Shown: piece after piece, positions 37,167 through 51,052 of the stretch | Numbering within the stretch: position 1 is the stretch's first letter | How the letters are laid out: each line of letters starts with the position of its first letter | Origin: Vicugna vicugna | Taxonomy: Eukaryota | DNA: 64,000 bases | Assembly (NCBI GenBank): GCA_013265495.1 | Contig: MU061814.1 | Coordinates: forward strand, 5,831,684 to 5,895,683 | Direction: 5' to 3' | Made by a program: the position numbers and the translations under genes | The notes under the pieces: generated by a model | Seen by the model: only the letters and a program-made list of their open reading frames with translations | Databases searched by the model: none | Told to the model about the DNA's origin: nothing

Positions 37167-39572
37167 TCCGCGCGCCTACGGGCCCCGGGCCAGTGCCCCT
37201 GGGCTCCTGGCCCGCGGCCGCGCCGGCTCCGCCCGCCGCCTCGCCCCGCCCCCCGTTAACCCTTGCGCCGCCGTGCGGGCCCCAGGAAGGAAAGGGCGGG
37301 AGGAGAGGGAAGAGAGATGAGGGAAGCGGACCCCTTTCCGCTCCCCGGACACCTGTGCCCTGACGGGGGAATCGGCCCCCTGGTCTCACCTGGGGTGAGC
37401 AGGACCGGGCAAGCACACTGCCTGAGCAAAGCCCCCAGCTCTCTCTGGCTCCCCAAGCGGTACCAGGGCCCAAGCCCTGTTGAATTCTTACCAGCTGGGC
37501 CCTGGGACTGGACACCTTGGAGTGGGGCAGGTACCGGCTCTTGCCAGGCTATGACCCAGCCGCCTGGGGACAATATGCTCTTGGCCTCTAGATGAACCAG
37601 GCATGAGGACCCCCAAGACCCCAGCCCCCTGGGTGTGCAGAGAGGTGTCTGGGGAGAACCTAAGAGGTAGCCTGAACTGGGCCTTGAGGAAGGCATCTTG
37701 GGCAGGGGCAAGGCGGGCTTTTGCAGAGGTCTCTTGGCAGGGAGAGGGGCAAGGATGGTCAGAAAGGCGAGGCCTGAGAGACTCACCCCTGGAGGACCTC
37801 GAAGTCTTTGTTCTACAGACCCCAGAGGGGCCTGCCACAGGAGCAGGGGATTGGAGGGTGGGTCTCAGGCAAGGCCTAGGCCTGAGGCCAGTAGGGACGC
37901 TGGTGCCACAGTACAGGACAAAGGAGGGCAAGCTCTGGACACAGACGGCAGGCTGTCCCCTTAAAGGAGACTCGGCAGAGTTGGCCTCCTCTAGCCATGG
38001 ATGTCCTGAGGGGTCGCTCTGGACCCTGCTGCTGGAAGGCCAAAGGACCCTTTCCTCAGCCCCTGAGGGGTCCCTGCACACTTGATGCTGTCAGTGCCTC
38101 CCCTGTGCCCACGGGAGCCTCCCTCTGCACACCTGGGATGGTGCTGCCGGCAGGTGCCCCTCCTGATGACATTCAGCCCCTCCCACATCCATCCGGCGTG
38201 GTGGGGTCTACCGTGGGGTCTACCGAGAGAAAGTCCCTGCTGAGCACCTGGTGCTGCCCCCTCAAGTAACTCAGCCGCTAAAACAGTAGGCCCCCTGGCT
38301 CCAGGGCAGCTGTGTTGTTTGCCCTTTGGGTTCCAAAGCCAGTGGCCTGGGCTTTTTTTTTTTAATTGGGCAGAAAACATAATGGTCAATGCAGGTCATC
38401 TAGAAGGTTGGAGATGGACTGCAGCTCATGCCACACACATACCTGTGCACACAGGTTCGTCCTGGGGCCACACCTCTGACCCCCAACTGCCTGCCTCCAT
38501 GCCTGGTCACTAGCTATGATCATCAGCATTAGGTAGGTTTGCCCCAAGTGGTTGCAGGCACCCCCACTGAGCCCAGGCTGAGGAAGGAGGCGCCAACCTG
38601 GTCAGTTCAAGGGGCGGAGGTGGACCTGGGTTACAAAAGGAAAGAAGGGACCACTGGGTCCCCACACATGCTAGGTCTACATGGGGAGGGGGCGCATCTG
38701 GGGGACACTCACATTCAGTCCTCAGAAACCGGACATGCAGATGCCACAAGGTTTGGGCCACCTTGTTGTACTGAGGAGGAGCCTTCCAGACCTCGGGGTT
38801 CCACCTGAGCTGGGCATGGTACCTTCTGGACCGTGAGAGCCCCTCCCCAGGGTAGGATGGGAGAGCAAAGTGGGCCCATGGTTAGAGTGGTTCACAGAGG
38901 ATGAAGGTGTCACTTTAGCTGGTACGTTGAGACAGGAGCAAGGTTTGGGCTCTGCGTTCTAGGGCGCTGAGCAGGAAGAAAGAGGAGTGGGTGTCCTTGA
39001 AGACTGAGGGGCCCCTGGCTACCTTCAAGATCTCCTGGGGGAGGCAGTGCTGAAAGGGACCCCTCACCCAAAGGCTGGAAGGGGACCAGGCTCAGGTGCA
39101 GGTGGCCTCTGCCTCCCTGAGCCCCCGCTCGCTTGTCCCCAGTGGCCTTGGCACCAACAATTTTGCCACATCTCTCAGGGGTTCTGGAAGGCGAACCTGC
39201 ATCAAAGTTTGGAAACCTCTTCCTCTATTTAGGGCATCTTTTCCGTGATCACTGACGCTCTCAGCTTTGTGTCTTGCACACCATAGACAGTGTGCCATCA
39301 GCGTCCTGGTCACCACTGCCCCCACCCCTGCAACCCAGGCAAAGCAGGTCCGTTGAAGACAGTCAGTTGGGGCTGAATTTCATGCAAGCGAGAAGAATTC
39401 CATTTATTTAAAAATAGATGGGAAGAGCTTTCAGGCTCAAGCCATCTTTGCCAAGACTGCACTGACAGGATCCAGAGAAGAGGAGTGGAAAAATTCAGAT
39501 GCACATGACACCCAATTCCAGTTTGGGAAGAACGCTTTCACCGGAACTTTGGGGCAGCAGACGCCCAAGCCG

Positions 39573-39592
39573 GGCGCTGTCCTTTCAGCACC
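39573..39592. promoter_or_regulatory. Non-canonical RE1/NRSE: two perfect REST half-sites back to back
   Basis: GGCGCTGTCC (rc of GGACAGCGCC) + T + TTCAGCACC. Motif only. Confidence 0.5.
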
Positions 39593-41439
39593 ACCGGCAC
39601 CGCGCGCTCTCCCCTGAACCTTCCGAGCCAAACACCCTCTTCTTTCGCCCTCTCCCCGTGGTCTTCTCCTCCTGACTGGCACGTCACTAAGCAGCCAGAA
39701 TGGAATACTGAGCTGACAAAACTGATGTTGGCCACTGTCACATCAGAGGCCAGCTCAGGGTCTCACAAATCCCCTCCCCAAGTATTACTGTGCTTTCTTT
39801 TCCCATGGGGAGCTCATCCCGCAGGGCTGTGACCCTGCCTCTCCTGTCCTGGCTCCCCTGCCTTTGTGTGCCTCTCACCCACCATCGTGTCCCCCCGAGC
39901 CTGTCACAGACAGGACCCACGATGTAGTCCGGGGATGTCACAGCTGCTGTTGGCAGAGGCCATCGGGAAATATACCTGGATTATCCCATCTTTGGGGAAC
40001 CTACAATGGTGACCCTCCCCATGGCGGTGAAGCTGAGACAGTGGGCTCAGCACCTCCCGGGAACCCACTTCTCTGCAATGCCGGTGGCTCATGTCTCTAG
40101 TTCCACACACTCAACCTTGGACGGTGGGGCCAGAAGGGAAGACATCAGAGCAGAAGAGAGTCAGTGGGGAAGAAGCCAGCTTCCACCGGCTGCCCATCCT
40201 GGCCAAGGGCCATCAGCTGCGAGGGCGTGCAGGCCACTCTAGTGGAGGGGGAGGTGGCTCCAGCACCTTGCTGCGGGGGCCCTTTTGGCACAGCCCCATG
40301 GGATGCTCTGTTGAGACCCTGCAGCCACAAAGAAGATCCTTACATCCCGCTCGTGGCCAGTGACCACAAGGACACGGGGGACCAACGCTGAAAAGCAGCA
40401 TCTCCCGTCCCATCCCCTCCCCGCTTCCTCCCAGCAGGGAAGGAGCAAGCTCCTTCTTCAGTCATGGTGCCTTCAGGAAAGCAGACGACCACATGGCACC
40501 CAGAGAGAAAGCTCTGCCAGACAGAGAAGCAAGACTTAATTTGGGAGAATGAGAAGAGCCAGGTTCTCGGTCGTGTAACCTGGGTCAGGGCTGCTGTTGC
40601 CCTCGCCCTGTGGTTTGGGCAGCAGGAAGTGCCTACCAGACAGAAAGTCCCGGCCCTCCCTGCCAAGGAATTTTCCGTTATTAGGGAGAAGGGCTGTGCT
40701 ATTTATCCAACTCATGGGGGAACAGGGAAGTGAGGAAAGTATTTAAGACACGAAAGCACTGATTTTTTAAGTCATCTTACGCTAAAGTCAATATAAATTT
40801 AGTTTATAGTTTTTTCAAGATCGGAACTCTCCGCAAGCTCTCCAGCCCCTGGCAAACCAGCCAGTTGTGTGAGAGGGAATTTCTCACCCACCAGTAACAC
40901 CTTGACACCAGGAGCCCACGGTCGCCCGTGGCAGCAGAAACAGGCCAGGCGAGGGTGGCCCTGGATGTGTCTAGAGGGCAGAAATCAACTTGTAGATTCT
41001 GGACCGTCCAGGGAGCCCCTAGACTGGCACTCTGCCTCGAGGTGCCCCCACCCCGCACCCCAGCTTCTAGGAGCAGGGGCTGTTTGGGAGGCTGTGCGTT
41101 TTGTCCTCATCAGTCCATGGCTTCTGTACAAGGTATCTCACCCTCCCCTTTCCACACCTCTGGGCAAATGTGGAGTCTGCGACACTCATCCTCATTCCGT
41201 GAGAGAGAAAACAGGGCTCAGAGCTCACACATTCTGGCTCTGAGGTGTGACCCAGGCCCCACTTAGGTTCTCAACTTGCCGTCTCTCCCAAGGCAAGTTG
41301 AGGACATCCACTTTCCTCGCCACAGACTCTTCACCTCTGTGATCCAGCCCTGCAGCTCACAGACCACCCCGTCCTCACCCCACCTCCCTACCTCCCACCT
41401 CCCTACCCTGGGCACATGACAGCTGCAAGGACCCTCAAG

Positions 41440-41700
41440 CAGGAGCCTTCACATGTACTGTTCCCTCTGCCAAGAATGCTTTTCCCTTCACTAGCACCAG
41501 AAGTTCCCTTCATGAGCACCAGAAGGTCCCTGTGTTTCTTCTCAGGGAGGCCCTGCTTGTGGGTCTCCCCTGAGGTGGGACTCCAGCCCTCCCTCTCAGC
41601 TCCAGTTCCTCATCACAACCTGAGACTCTGTTACTTACTTTCTCTCTCCTGTTCATCCGCTACCCTGACTAGACAGGAAGCTCAAGAGGAGAGCAGTGCA
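41440..41700 (+). mobile_element. L2 3' fragment
   Basis: gccttcacatgtactgttccctctgccaagaatgcttttccc. Confidence 0.6.
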
Positions 41701-42051
41701 CACACTCACACCCGTGCACTCACAGCCCCATGCTCACACTCCCTCCCCGTGCACACGGCCACTGGCCCAGCCCACAGAAGCTGCTCATCAGCCTTCCTTG
41801 TATGAGTGAACACCATGTTCTAGGGCTGGATGTCACTTGGAGTCTCTAGCCAGGATGCACCCTTGATGACTCGCCTTGGGCTGGTGTGGGGCAGCAGCTG
41901 CTGGGATAGACCAGGGAGGATGTGAGCCAGAGCTCAATCCCGTGGAGACAAGCTCCCCAGCAACAGAGCGGTCAGCCGCCCTGCCCACACACAGGCTGTT
42001 GGCATCTAGGCCCTGGCTGCCCGCCCACTGCCAGCCCAGGCTCGCTTGAGT

Positions 42052-42071
42052 GCTTGCTTGCTTGCTTGCTT
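42052..42071. repeat. (GCTT)5 microsatellite
   Basis: Five perfect units. Confidence 0.9.
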
Positions 42072-42633
42072 GGCCAGATGTCCATTAGGCATTGGGCAGA
42101 ACTGTCCAGCCTGCGGCAGAGCCCATGGGCTGTGAGAGTCCCCCCTCCCCTCACCCCCTCACCCAGGACAAGGTCACCACACACTAAGCCAGGGAGATGG
42201 GACAGAAAAGGTGGACTCCTGGACCAGCACACCAGGACACATCAGCCTAGGAGGAGCCGCAGCCGTTGGCCAGCACCAGGGGCCCTGCTGGGGTGGCCAC
42301 TGAAGAACCACAGCACTGGCAAACAGGAGCTCACCTCGCGGCAGTGCAGAAGGCCTGGGGCAGCTCCTCACTGGTCAGGCAGAGGGAGATGGTCCCACTT
42401 CATGAGGCTGCCCGGTGCTAAATGGAGATGATCCTGTAGAGTAGCACCCAGGACAGGGAAGTGCCCAGGAAGAGCAGGGAGATGCACGGTGACCCCCATC
42501 CCAGCTTAGAAGCCCCTGCTTCCTTGGTTTCCTGCAGACCCTCCCATGGGGGAGGACTCCCAGCTCAGACCTGCTGACACACCACCCCTGCCTCCTCCCG
42601 GCGTCTAATCACAGAGATAAGATCTGCTTAAGC

Positions 42634-42836
42634 CAGTCACTCTCACGCGGGGCAGCTCTGTCCCCCAGGGGACATCTGTAATGTCTGGAGATATTTTGAT
42701 TGATTGGTATGATGGGAGCAGGGACTATTGGCATCTAATGGGTAGAGGCTTCCAAGAGTGCACAGGACAGGCTTCCCACCCCTACAGAGAATTCTTTCTC
42801 CCTGGATGATGAGAGTACTGAGGTTAAGACACCATG
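42634..42836 (+). mobile_element. MER20 (hAT-Charlie MITE), near full length
   Basis: cccccaggggacatctgtaatgtctggagatattttg...ggcatctaatgggtagaggc...gaggttaagacaccatg match the MER20 consensus as recalled. Confidence 0.85.
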
Positions 42837-43199
42837 ATTTGGTTAACAAGTGTTCTTTCTTAAACGGCAAATATTTCTGATATGTTAGCCATTCACACCT
42901 TAGTATGAAATAGTGCCAACAAATGAATTTTCTCCCTAAAGCTCCTAAGGATACCTAAGCCAAGGGAGGAGAGCTTTCACAGGCAAGGAGAAAGGAGTCT
43001 GGGGTGTTGGGAAGGAGAGCAACTCCCCCCACTCCAGGAAAGGCTTTGGGTGGTGAGTATCTGCCAAATGGCGACAGGATAGCTCCTCACCGGAGTTCAA
43101 CAAAGTAACCCTAGGTTTTTCCACGTTGCTATTTTCTAGCCTGATGACAACGTCTACCTTTATACCATCACAGAACAAGGAATCTCTGCTTCTGCTTCC

Positions 43200-43375
43200 C
43201 AGCTCACTGGCTTACTCTAAGTGCATCACTAGGCCAGCTGTGAGCCTCTCTGTCCCTCCATCCCTCAGCCTGTACATGGTGGGGTGATGCTGCTAAAGAT
43301 GTCACGGGAGTGTAATGACAGTGCACAGCACCTAGAACAATTCCTGGCATGAGTAAGCGTTACATAAGCTTCAAA
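43200..43375 (+). mobile_element. MIR fragment
   Basis: gagcctctctgtccctcca...gcacagcacctagaacaattcctggcatgagtaagcg. Confidence 0.5.
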
Positions 43376-44664
43376 GTAAAAATAAATGAATCGATTCCAG
43401 GGCCGGCTCTGAGTGATCACATTTCCAACATGTACCCCCTTCTTCGACACCAGGGCTGTGGATCCTGGGTGTTGGGAGACACACAGTAAAGGAAGGGCTG
43501 AGAGGACACCAGAGGCACCTAGTGTCCCCAGAGCCCGCCCCTACCCCAGCAGAGGCCGCTGCAGCCTTCCTTCTGAGAGAGCTGGGGCACAGGCAGCAGC
43601 CCTGGTCTCACCCAGACCCCAGGCCTAAAGGTGCATAGAGCCCCTATTCAGGCCCTTCCCACTCCGAGGAGCAGGAAGTTTGCTCAGAGACCTGAGACGG
43701 AGGGGGAAATTTTATAAAACCCCACTGTGGGATTCAGGAGCACCGCCCCACCCCTCTCCTCTCCCTCTGCCTGTCCTCCAAGTCCCCATGGCTCAGCACT
43801 GTGTCTTACTCTCTGGACAGCTGAGGCCTGGACCGCAGGACCCCAGCCGGCAATACAGGCCCAGCTTCAAACAGCAGCTGGTATGATGCTCATTGCCAGA
43901 GCCTGGGGTGGGCTCCCTGGGCCAGGGAGCTGGGCCCATCAGGCACTCGGGGCTGGCACAAGCCCAGGGCACAGCCCCCAGCCCCCAGCCCCCATGGGGC
44001 TGCCAGTGTGCCTGGCAAGGCGGCTTTCAGAGGCTGGGGCCACTTCGCCAAGCATCTTTAGAGACGGCCCAGAGCGTATGATCTGGTCCCTGCTCCACTG
44101 ACCCTTCCAGGCCGCCTACTCTACCCAGAGTGGACACAGGACAAGCAGGGCCTGGACAACCTCTTGCCTCCTCCTGGTCTTGGCGCCTTGCTCACTGCTA
44201 CCTCAGGCCCTCTCAGCCCATGTGCAGGCCAGGCCCTGGTGTGAGGCTGACTGGACCGCCATTCTGGTAGCAACCTTGGCTGGACTCCCAGCTGATGAGC
44301 CCACATTTGAGCTGTTTTTCTCCTCGTGCAGTCATGGCCACCCCCAGCCCTTCTCTGCCTCCTCCCCACCTGACCCCCACAGAGAGACACCAAGAGCAGG
44401 AAATAAAGCCAGGAAAGGAGGCAGCTCCCCCTTTCATGAGCTCCATCCCTCCACGACCCAGCCCAGTGGAGTCAGGAGCAGCGTGGACTCATACTCTACC
44501 CAACAAGTGTGGCTGCCTGGCTGGCTTCTCCCAACATGGCTGCTGGGCCAGGAGAGCTGCCCAGTGCTGCCCTCATGCAGCCAGCCATGGGCACCCCCAG
44601 GGGTGCAGTCCTGACTCCAGGCAGCCAGCCATCAGCGCAGGTGGAGCCGAGACACAGCTGGTGT

Positions 44665-44900
44665 GTGCTCACACACAGTCATGCTCAGGTACTCATATGT
44701 GCATGCACACGCATGCTCTCCTGAGCACGCACAAGATGCACGTGTATACACACACGCACACACACCTGCACACATTCACTGCCCCAGCTCCCAAGGACTC
44801 CGGTTCACTCCACCACGTTCTGCCCACACTCTACACAGCAACACGCAGATGTGCACGGTTCTCACACAGGTCTGTACGGCTGGGTACACACCCCTGGGGC
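44665..44900. repeat. Degenerate (CA/TG)-rich alternating purine-pyrimidine low-complexity tract
   Basis: gcacacgcatgc...gtgtatacacacacgcacacacacctgcacac. Confidence 0.75.
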
Positions 44901-45295
44901 ACATGTGTAGTCTGACATACCTACGGTCCCACTCAGAGACATGCTAGGGCACCCAGGAGGAGACACACCCACAGCCACCCACGAAATGAGAAACCCTGGG
45001 GTCCCGTCACTGGAGTCTGAGGTCCCTGTTCAGACACAAAACTGTTACCACCAGGGTCACCCCAACCCCTGGAGGAGGGAGGGAAGGTGCTTCCTGCCTT
45101 CAGGGAAGGGCGCTGGGAATCCTGGGGAGACAAGGGCAGGAGAGCCAACCAATTTGCCCAGCTCAGCAGGACCCTGCAGCTCCACGGACTCATTAATTTT
45201 TCAGAGGCACCAAAAGTGCAGATTGAAGTTGCCAATCCGGTCATGGCGGGTCCTGCTTTAAATTATTCACCAGACCAGCAGAGCGGGAGAGACCT

Positions 45296-45323
45296 GGCCC
45301 CAGGCCCCAGGCCCCAGGCCCCA
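45296..45323. repeat. (GGCCCCA)4 tandem repeat; (TGGGGCC)4 on minus
   Basis: Four perfect 7-mers. Confidence 0.9.
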
Positions 45324-45572
45324 GGTTCCAGCTTCAGGGGCCACTCGCCCTGCCTGGGCTTGGCACCAGCTCTGTGGCTTCGGAGAGGGCAGCCCCCTGG
45401 GCCCCTACGTCCTCCTTGGCAGCCCAGGCTTTCAAGCTGGGTGTGAGCACTGGTCTGTGTCCCCGGTTTGGGCCCCGGCCCTGAGGCTGTACCACTGCCC
45501 CCACCCCAGGGTTCACTGTCCGGGCTCTGGTGGCCCACCCCATCCACCCGCCGCCCCGCCCCCAGGCTCGGT

Positions 45573-45691
45573 GGACTCCGCCCCCCACCCTGCTCCTCTG
45601 CCCCAGCCTGCGATGGGAAAGCCCGCTGGACAGGACTCCGCCCCCTCCCCTGCTCCTCTGCCCCAGCCTGCGATGGGAAAGCCCGCTGGAC
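45573..45691. repeat. 60-bp tandem duplication x2
   Basis: ggactccgccccc...tgctcctctgccccagcctgcgatgggaaagcccgctggac repeated at exactly +60. Confidence 0.92.
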
Positions 45692-47129
45692 CAAAGGGAG
45701 GGCCCCCCACTCCAAACGTTTCACCGCGCCGCCTCAGCCCGGACTCCAGGGCCCGCGCTGGGAGCTGGACAGCGGCAGGGGCAGTTGGGAGGCCACTGCG
45801 CAGTGCCAGCGAGCACCTGACCGCAGCGGCTCCTTCCGCCCTCCACCTGCTCCATCCGCGCGCGCGCATTGGGCGTCCGGGGAGCCTATGCCGGAACCTG
45901 CACCCTTGCTTCCTGCACTGCGGTTCTTAAAGTTCAGTCCAGGCACCCCAGGGCCCAAGAACCTTCCAGAAGGCCCTCAAGGTCAAAGCTGTTTTCACAG
46001 CAATACCGAGGCCTGGTCTCTGTCCAGCCTGCTCTCCCTCCTACAGTGGGGTATTCGGGGCCACGTGCTGTGTGATCTTGTGCTTCATGCATTTCTGATT
46101 TTATTTCCTGGGCACAAAACCCATGGCTACGACCCCAGTGGTGTTTGACACTGAGGGTTTGAGAACCGGCACCCGGAGTGTGATGAAGGGCTCAGCTGTC
46201 CCACCCAGCCCTCCCCTCCCGACTGGGGCACATCTTCCCGCTATCAGGCCCCAGGTGTGGCCAGAGCCCACCCTTCCCCCAGAAGCCCCTCCGGAACAGC
46301 CCAGAGACCCTGGCTTCTGCCCACCCCCATCTCTGCAGGGTACTGGTGGTAGGGGAGCTCCAACCCGGAGGTCAGCGGGAAAATCCTGGGAGAAGTGCTG
46401 TGTGTGCTGCCCCTGCGTGGACACTGGGAGCTACTGCATGTCCTCACCAGCTAGGACCCAATTTCTCCTCCGCCCCCGCGGACTCCACTTTGAGAAAGGC
46501 ACCAGGGGCGCAGCGAGGTACGGATCCCTACCAGGCAACAGAGTAGGAGCCTGTACCTTCCTGGGCCTGGCTTTATTACTCCATCCCCAAAGGGGCTCGA
46601 GGCGCCCAGATCCTCCTGAGATACCCCACCCTCCACCGCTGTGGGGACCTCCGTCTGCTTCAGATTACGCTGGGCACCAGGAAACGCTTCCACTTCTGTC
46701 CTCATGCCATCTTGGGAGTCCATGGGCCTGGAAGTATCTGTGCCCCCACACCAGAAACACGCCGACCAGAGGGGCGGGCAGTGTGACCCCAAGGGCAGCC
46801 CTCTGGTGGGCAGGACAGGTTGACATTGCTCTGCCCATGACATCTCGATGGTCAGAATTTGCTGGGACCAGAGAGTGAGTAAGGGTCCCCTCAGGGACCA
46901 CACAGGGGGCTTCCTTGGACCCCAGCTGGTTTCACTCTTACCTTGTCTCAGGTTGGCAAGTTTCTCTGGCTTGACCCTAATTCTAACTGGGCCAAAATGT
47001 GTCAGAACAGCTTCCCGGGGCACAGCCTGTAGGATCACACCAGTTTCCTCTCACCAGCAATGGTGGCTCAAGGAGGCCCAGGACTGCCAGGGCTCCGGAG
47101 AGCTGCAGGAGGCCCCCAGTTTCCTTGGG

Positions 47130-47305
47130 TAGGGCCACCAGATAAAATACATAGTCCACTTTGAATCTCAGGTAAGCGACAAATACTTTTTCAGTGCAAA
47201 TATCGTATGGGACATATTTACATTGAAAAGTTATCCACCATTTATCTGAAATCCAAATTTGACTGGGGATTCTGTGTCTGTGTTTGCTGACTCAAGCTGC
47301 CTTCC
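47130..47305. mobile_element. MER53 palindromic hAT MITE
   Basis: tagggccaccagataaaatac start, central caaatatcgtatgggacatat, inverted arms tctcaggtaa / tttatctgaaatcc. Confidence 0.8.
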
Positions 47306-47580
47306 TTGGAGGCCTCTGTGGGTCAGCTCCGACCCTTCCTGGCTACCAGCACGACCCTGGGAAGGGCGTCCTGACCCACTTTCTGCCTGGCCAATTCAGC
47401 TGTCCTTTTCCTGGTCCTTTCTCTGCGTGCAGCCCATCCCCACTCCAAGAGGCCCGTCCCCACTTTGGGACTGGGTGGGGAGACACCAGCAGCCCCTCCA
47501 TGGGCTTAACCCTGAACCACGTGCACCCTCCTCTCCTGGCTGGCCCCTTGTTTGCCTGCACAACTCCCATCCCCACCTAC

Positions 47581-47990
47581 TGTGGTGAGCTGGTTATGCT
47601 CCCAAAGACTTCAGGCCCAACCCTGGAACCTGTGACATGTGGCAAGAAAGCGTTTTGCAGAAGTGACTGAATCAAGGGTCTTGAGATGAGATTATCTGGG
47701 ATTGGTCAGGTGGGCCCTCGGTGCCCTCATATCTGTCCTTGTAGGAGGGAGGCAGAGGAGACTTGACCCAGAGAACAGGAGGCCATGGGACCATGCAGAC
47801 AGATTAGGGGCATGCGGTCACAGGCCAAGGAAGCTTAGCAACCACCAGAAGCTGCAGGAGACATGGGATGGACCCTTCCCGAGAGCCAGTGCAGGGCGCG
47901 GGCCTGCCCACACTGGATCTAGTCCCAGTGGTGCTGACTGTGGACTGAGAGTTCATTGCTACTGTGTTAAGCTGCCAGCTTGAGGTCCAT
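47581..47990 (+). mobile_element. Solo MLT1 (MaLR) LTR
   Basis: tgtgg start; ggaacctgtga, gggtcttgagatgagattatc, ggccaaggaa...accaccagaagctg. Confidence 0.8.
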
Positions 47991-48442
47991 TTGCTGCCGC
48001 AGCCCCAGGGGTCTCACACTAGGGTGCCCTGCGATTGGCCCAGTGCTCACCCTGGAGGGGAGCCTGCACCCTGCAGCCCAGTTCCCGCTGAAGGCAGACA
48101 AGTCTGCACTGTGCACACTGTCAGGGAATCTGCTCACCCCCACCCTGAGCTCGGTCTGCAGCACCAACACCTGGCACAGTCTGGCTGTGTTCTGGGAGCA
48201 GAAGTGGCTGAGATGGGAGTGGTCCTGCTGCTCCACCCCCTACTCCCACCCCCACACCCTGTGCTCGCTGACCAAGGTCAGGGCTTGCTCTGGGGTTCCT
48301 GGGGCTGGAGTTCCTGGGTGTGCCAAGGGCCCCGATGCGAAGCAGGATGGATAGGAAGCTGTCTCCAGCCACAAGTGACCGGCTGGCAAGGACAGTAAGA
48401 CAGGGCTTCCAAGGGCGTGGGAGCTGGAAAATCCGGGTTTTC

Positions 48443-48474
<32 letters not shown>
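48443..48474. repeat. (TG)10(CG)3(TG)3 compound microsatellite
   Basis: Read directly; 32 bp of alternating purine-pyrimidine. Confidence 0.92.
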
Positions 48475-48840
48475 AGACAATCACGCGTGGGGGAGGAGCC
48501 CTCAGCCCATCTGTCCTTGGAGAGAGCCCAAGAACACTCAACCCCCTTCTGCGGTCCGAAGTGGCTTTGTCCTGGAAGCCCCCACAGGGGGAACGCCAAA
48601 GCCCCCTCACCAGCTGGACTCGGGATCCAGCGCCCCACGGCCCACCCCAGGTAGCCCGGGAGGACACTGGTCAAGGCGCCGGCAGGGCTGGTGGACCCCG
48701 GGCGAGACGCCGAGCGGGGAGAGGCCACCAGCTTGGTCGGGGACCTGGAAGGGGCCCTAACAAGCACCCTCCTGCAGGACAGGCCGCCCCGCCCCACCCC
48801 ACCCCCAGCAGCAGGCGCACACGGCTGCGGGGTCGCTCAG

Positions 48841-48846
48841 TTTATT
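48841..48846 (-). terminator. EEF1A2: EEF1A2 polyadenylation signal AATAAA
   Basis: tttatt on the + strand, about 200 nt after the TGA; 3'UTR spans about 48825-49046. Confidence 0.9.
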
Positions 48847-49046
48847 GGTAAAACGGGCACTGAGCGTGGTGAAGGCTGGACGCGGAAGCCGGGGCGGCAG
48901 GGGCGCTTTTCCTCTTAAAGAACTTCCACTGGACCTTGATGGCGAGCATCCAGTCGCTGACGGAGAGCCTCTTACAAGCGGAGGTGCAGACATGCGCCTG
49001 GAGGGGGGGCGGGGCTCAGGCGGGCCGCGCCGCGGGCGCCCGTGCT

Positions 49047-49223
<177 letters not shown>

Positions 49224-49349
49224 CTAGCGCCCGCAGCATCCGCCCCAATCCCTGCGCCGGTTTGGGGTGGGGGGAGGGGCAGTGGAGTGGGAAGCTCCCG
49301 TCTCCTAACTTCGGTGGCAGGAATGACTCACATAGAACTCGGCCAAGGC

Positions 49350-49600
49350 CTTGTTGTGAGAATTAAATGGCATGTGACCCGTCCTTAGAACATGCCTGGC
49401 ACCGAATGTGCCCTTTTAGCTATTTTAACAATGGCCAGCAACCTTGCATAAGGCAGCTCTCCGATATAGATCTGTGGGTCATCCTGTGGGTATCTATCTG
49501 GGGCGGGCCAGCTGGAGGTGGGTGGTTAATCCTAACTCTGCTACTAGACTAGCTGTGGACCTTGGGCAAGTCACTTAGGGGCCTTCATCTGCAGGGAGGG
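49350..49600 (+). mobile_element. MIR fragments in EEF1A2 intron 7
   Basis: ttgtgagaattaaatgg...tgcctggcac and ctctgctactagactagctgtggaccttgggcaagtcactt. Confidence 0.55.
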
Positions 49601-49681
49601 ACACCATCCCAGACCTGCCCAGTGGAGCCACCTGTGCTTCTGGAGACAAAGACCAAGGCTGGGGGCTTCTGCTAAGCTTTA

Positions 49682-50149
<468 letters not shown>

Positions 50150-50371
50150 TCAGGCTGGGGGGGGGACCCAGGCCCCCAGACCTGGACTTATGATCCTCAT
50201 CAAGCCCCTGAAAAGCCACAAGAGACAGACAAGGACAAAGGCGCTGGTGATAAGACTGGACCTTGGTGACCATCTTTCAGTTGTATCTCAGTAAAGCCAA
50301 TTTTAAAAATTGTAGTCATGTACGAGGTGACCAAAGAGGGCATAGTGAAAATGTAGAGAATAAGAACATCA

Positions 50372-51052
<681 letters not shown>

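Larger units (their letters stand above)
37056..37260 (-). promoter_or_regulatory. KCNQ2: KCNQ2 5'UTR / core promoter within a CpG island (about 36500-37400), GC box at 37244-37252
   Basis: Minus strand reads ...gccttggccATGcggctccc...cgcTGAgcccgtgcccgc, resembling the human 5'UTR. Dense CpG; CCCCGCCCC Sp1 box. TSS position is approximate. Confidence 0.8.

Noticed and set aside
36219-37515. ORFs spanning the N run
   Set aside because: Artefacts of translating through unknown bases.
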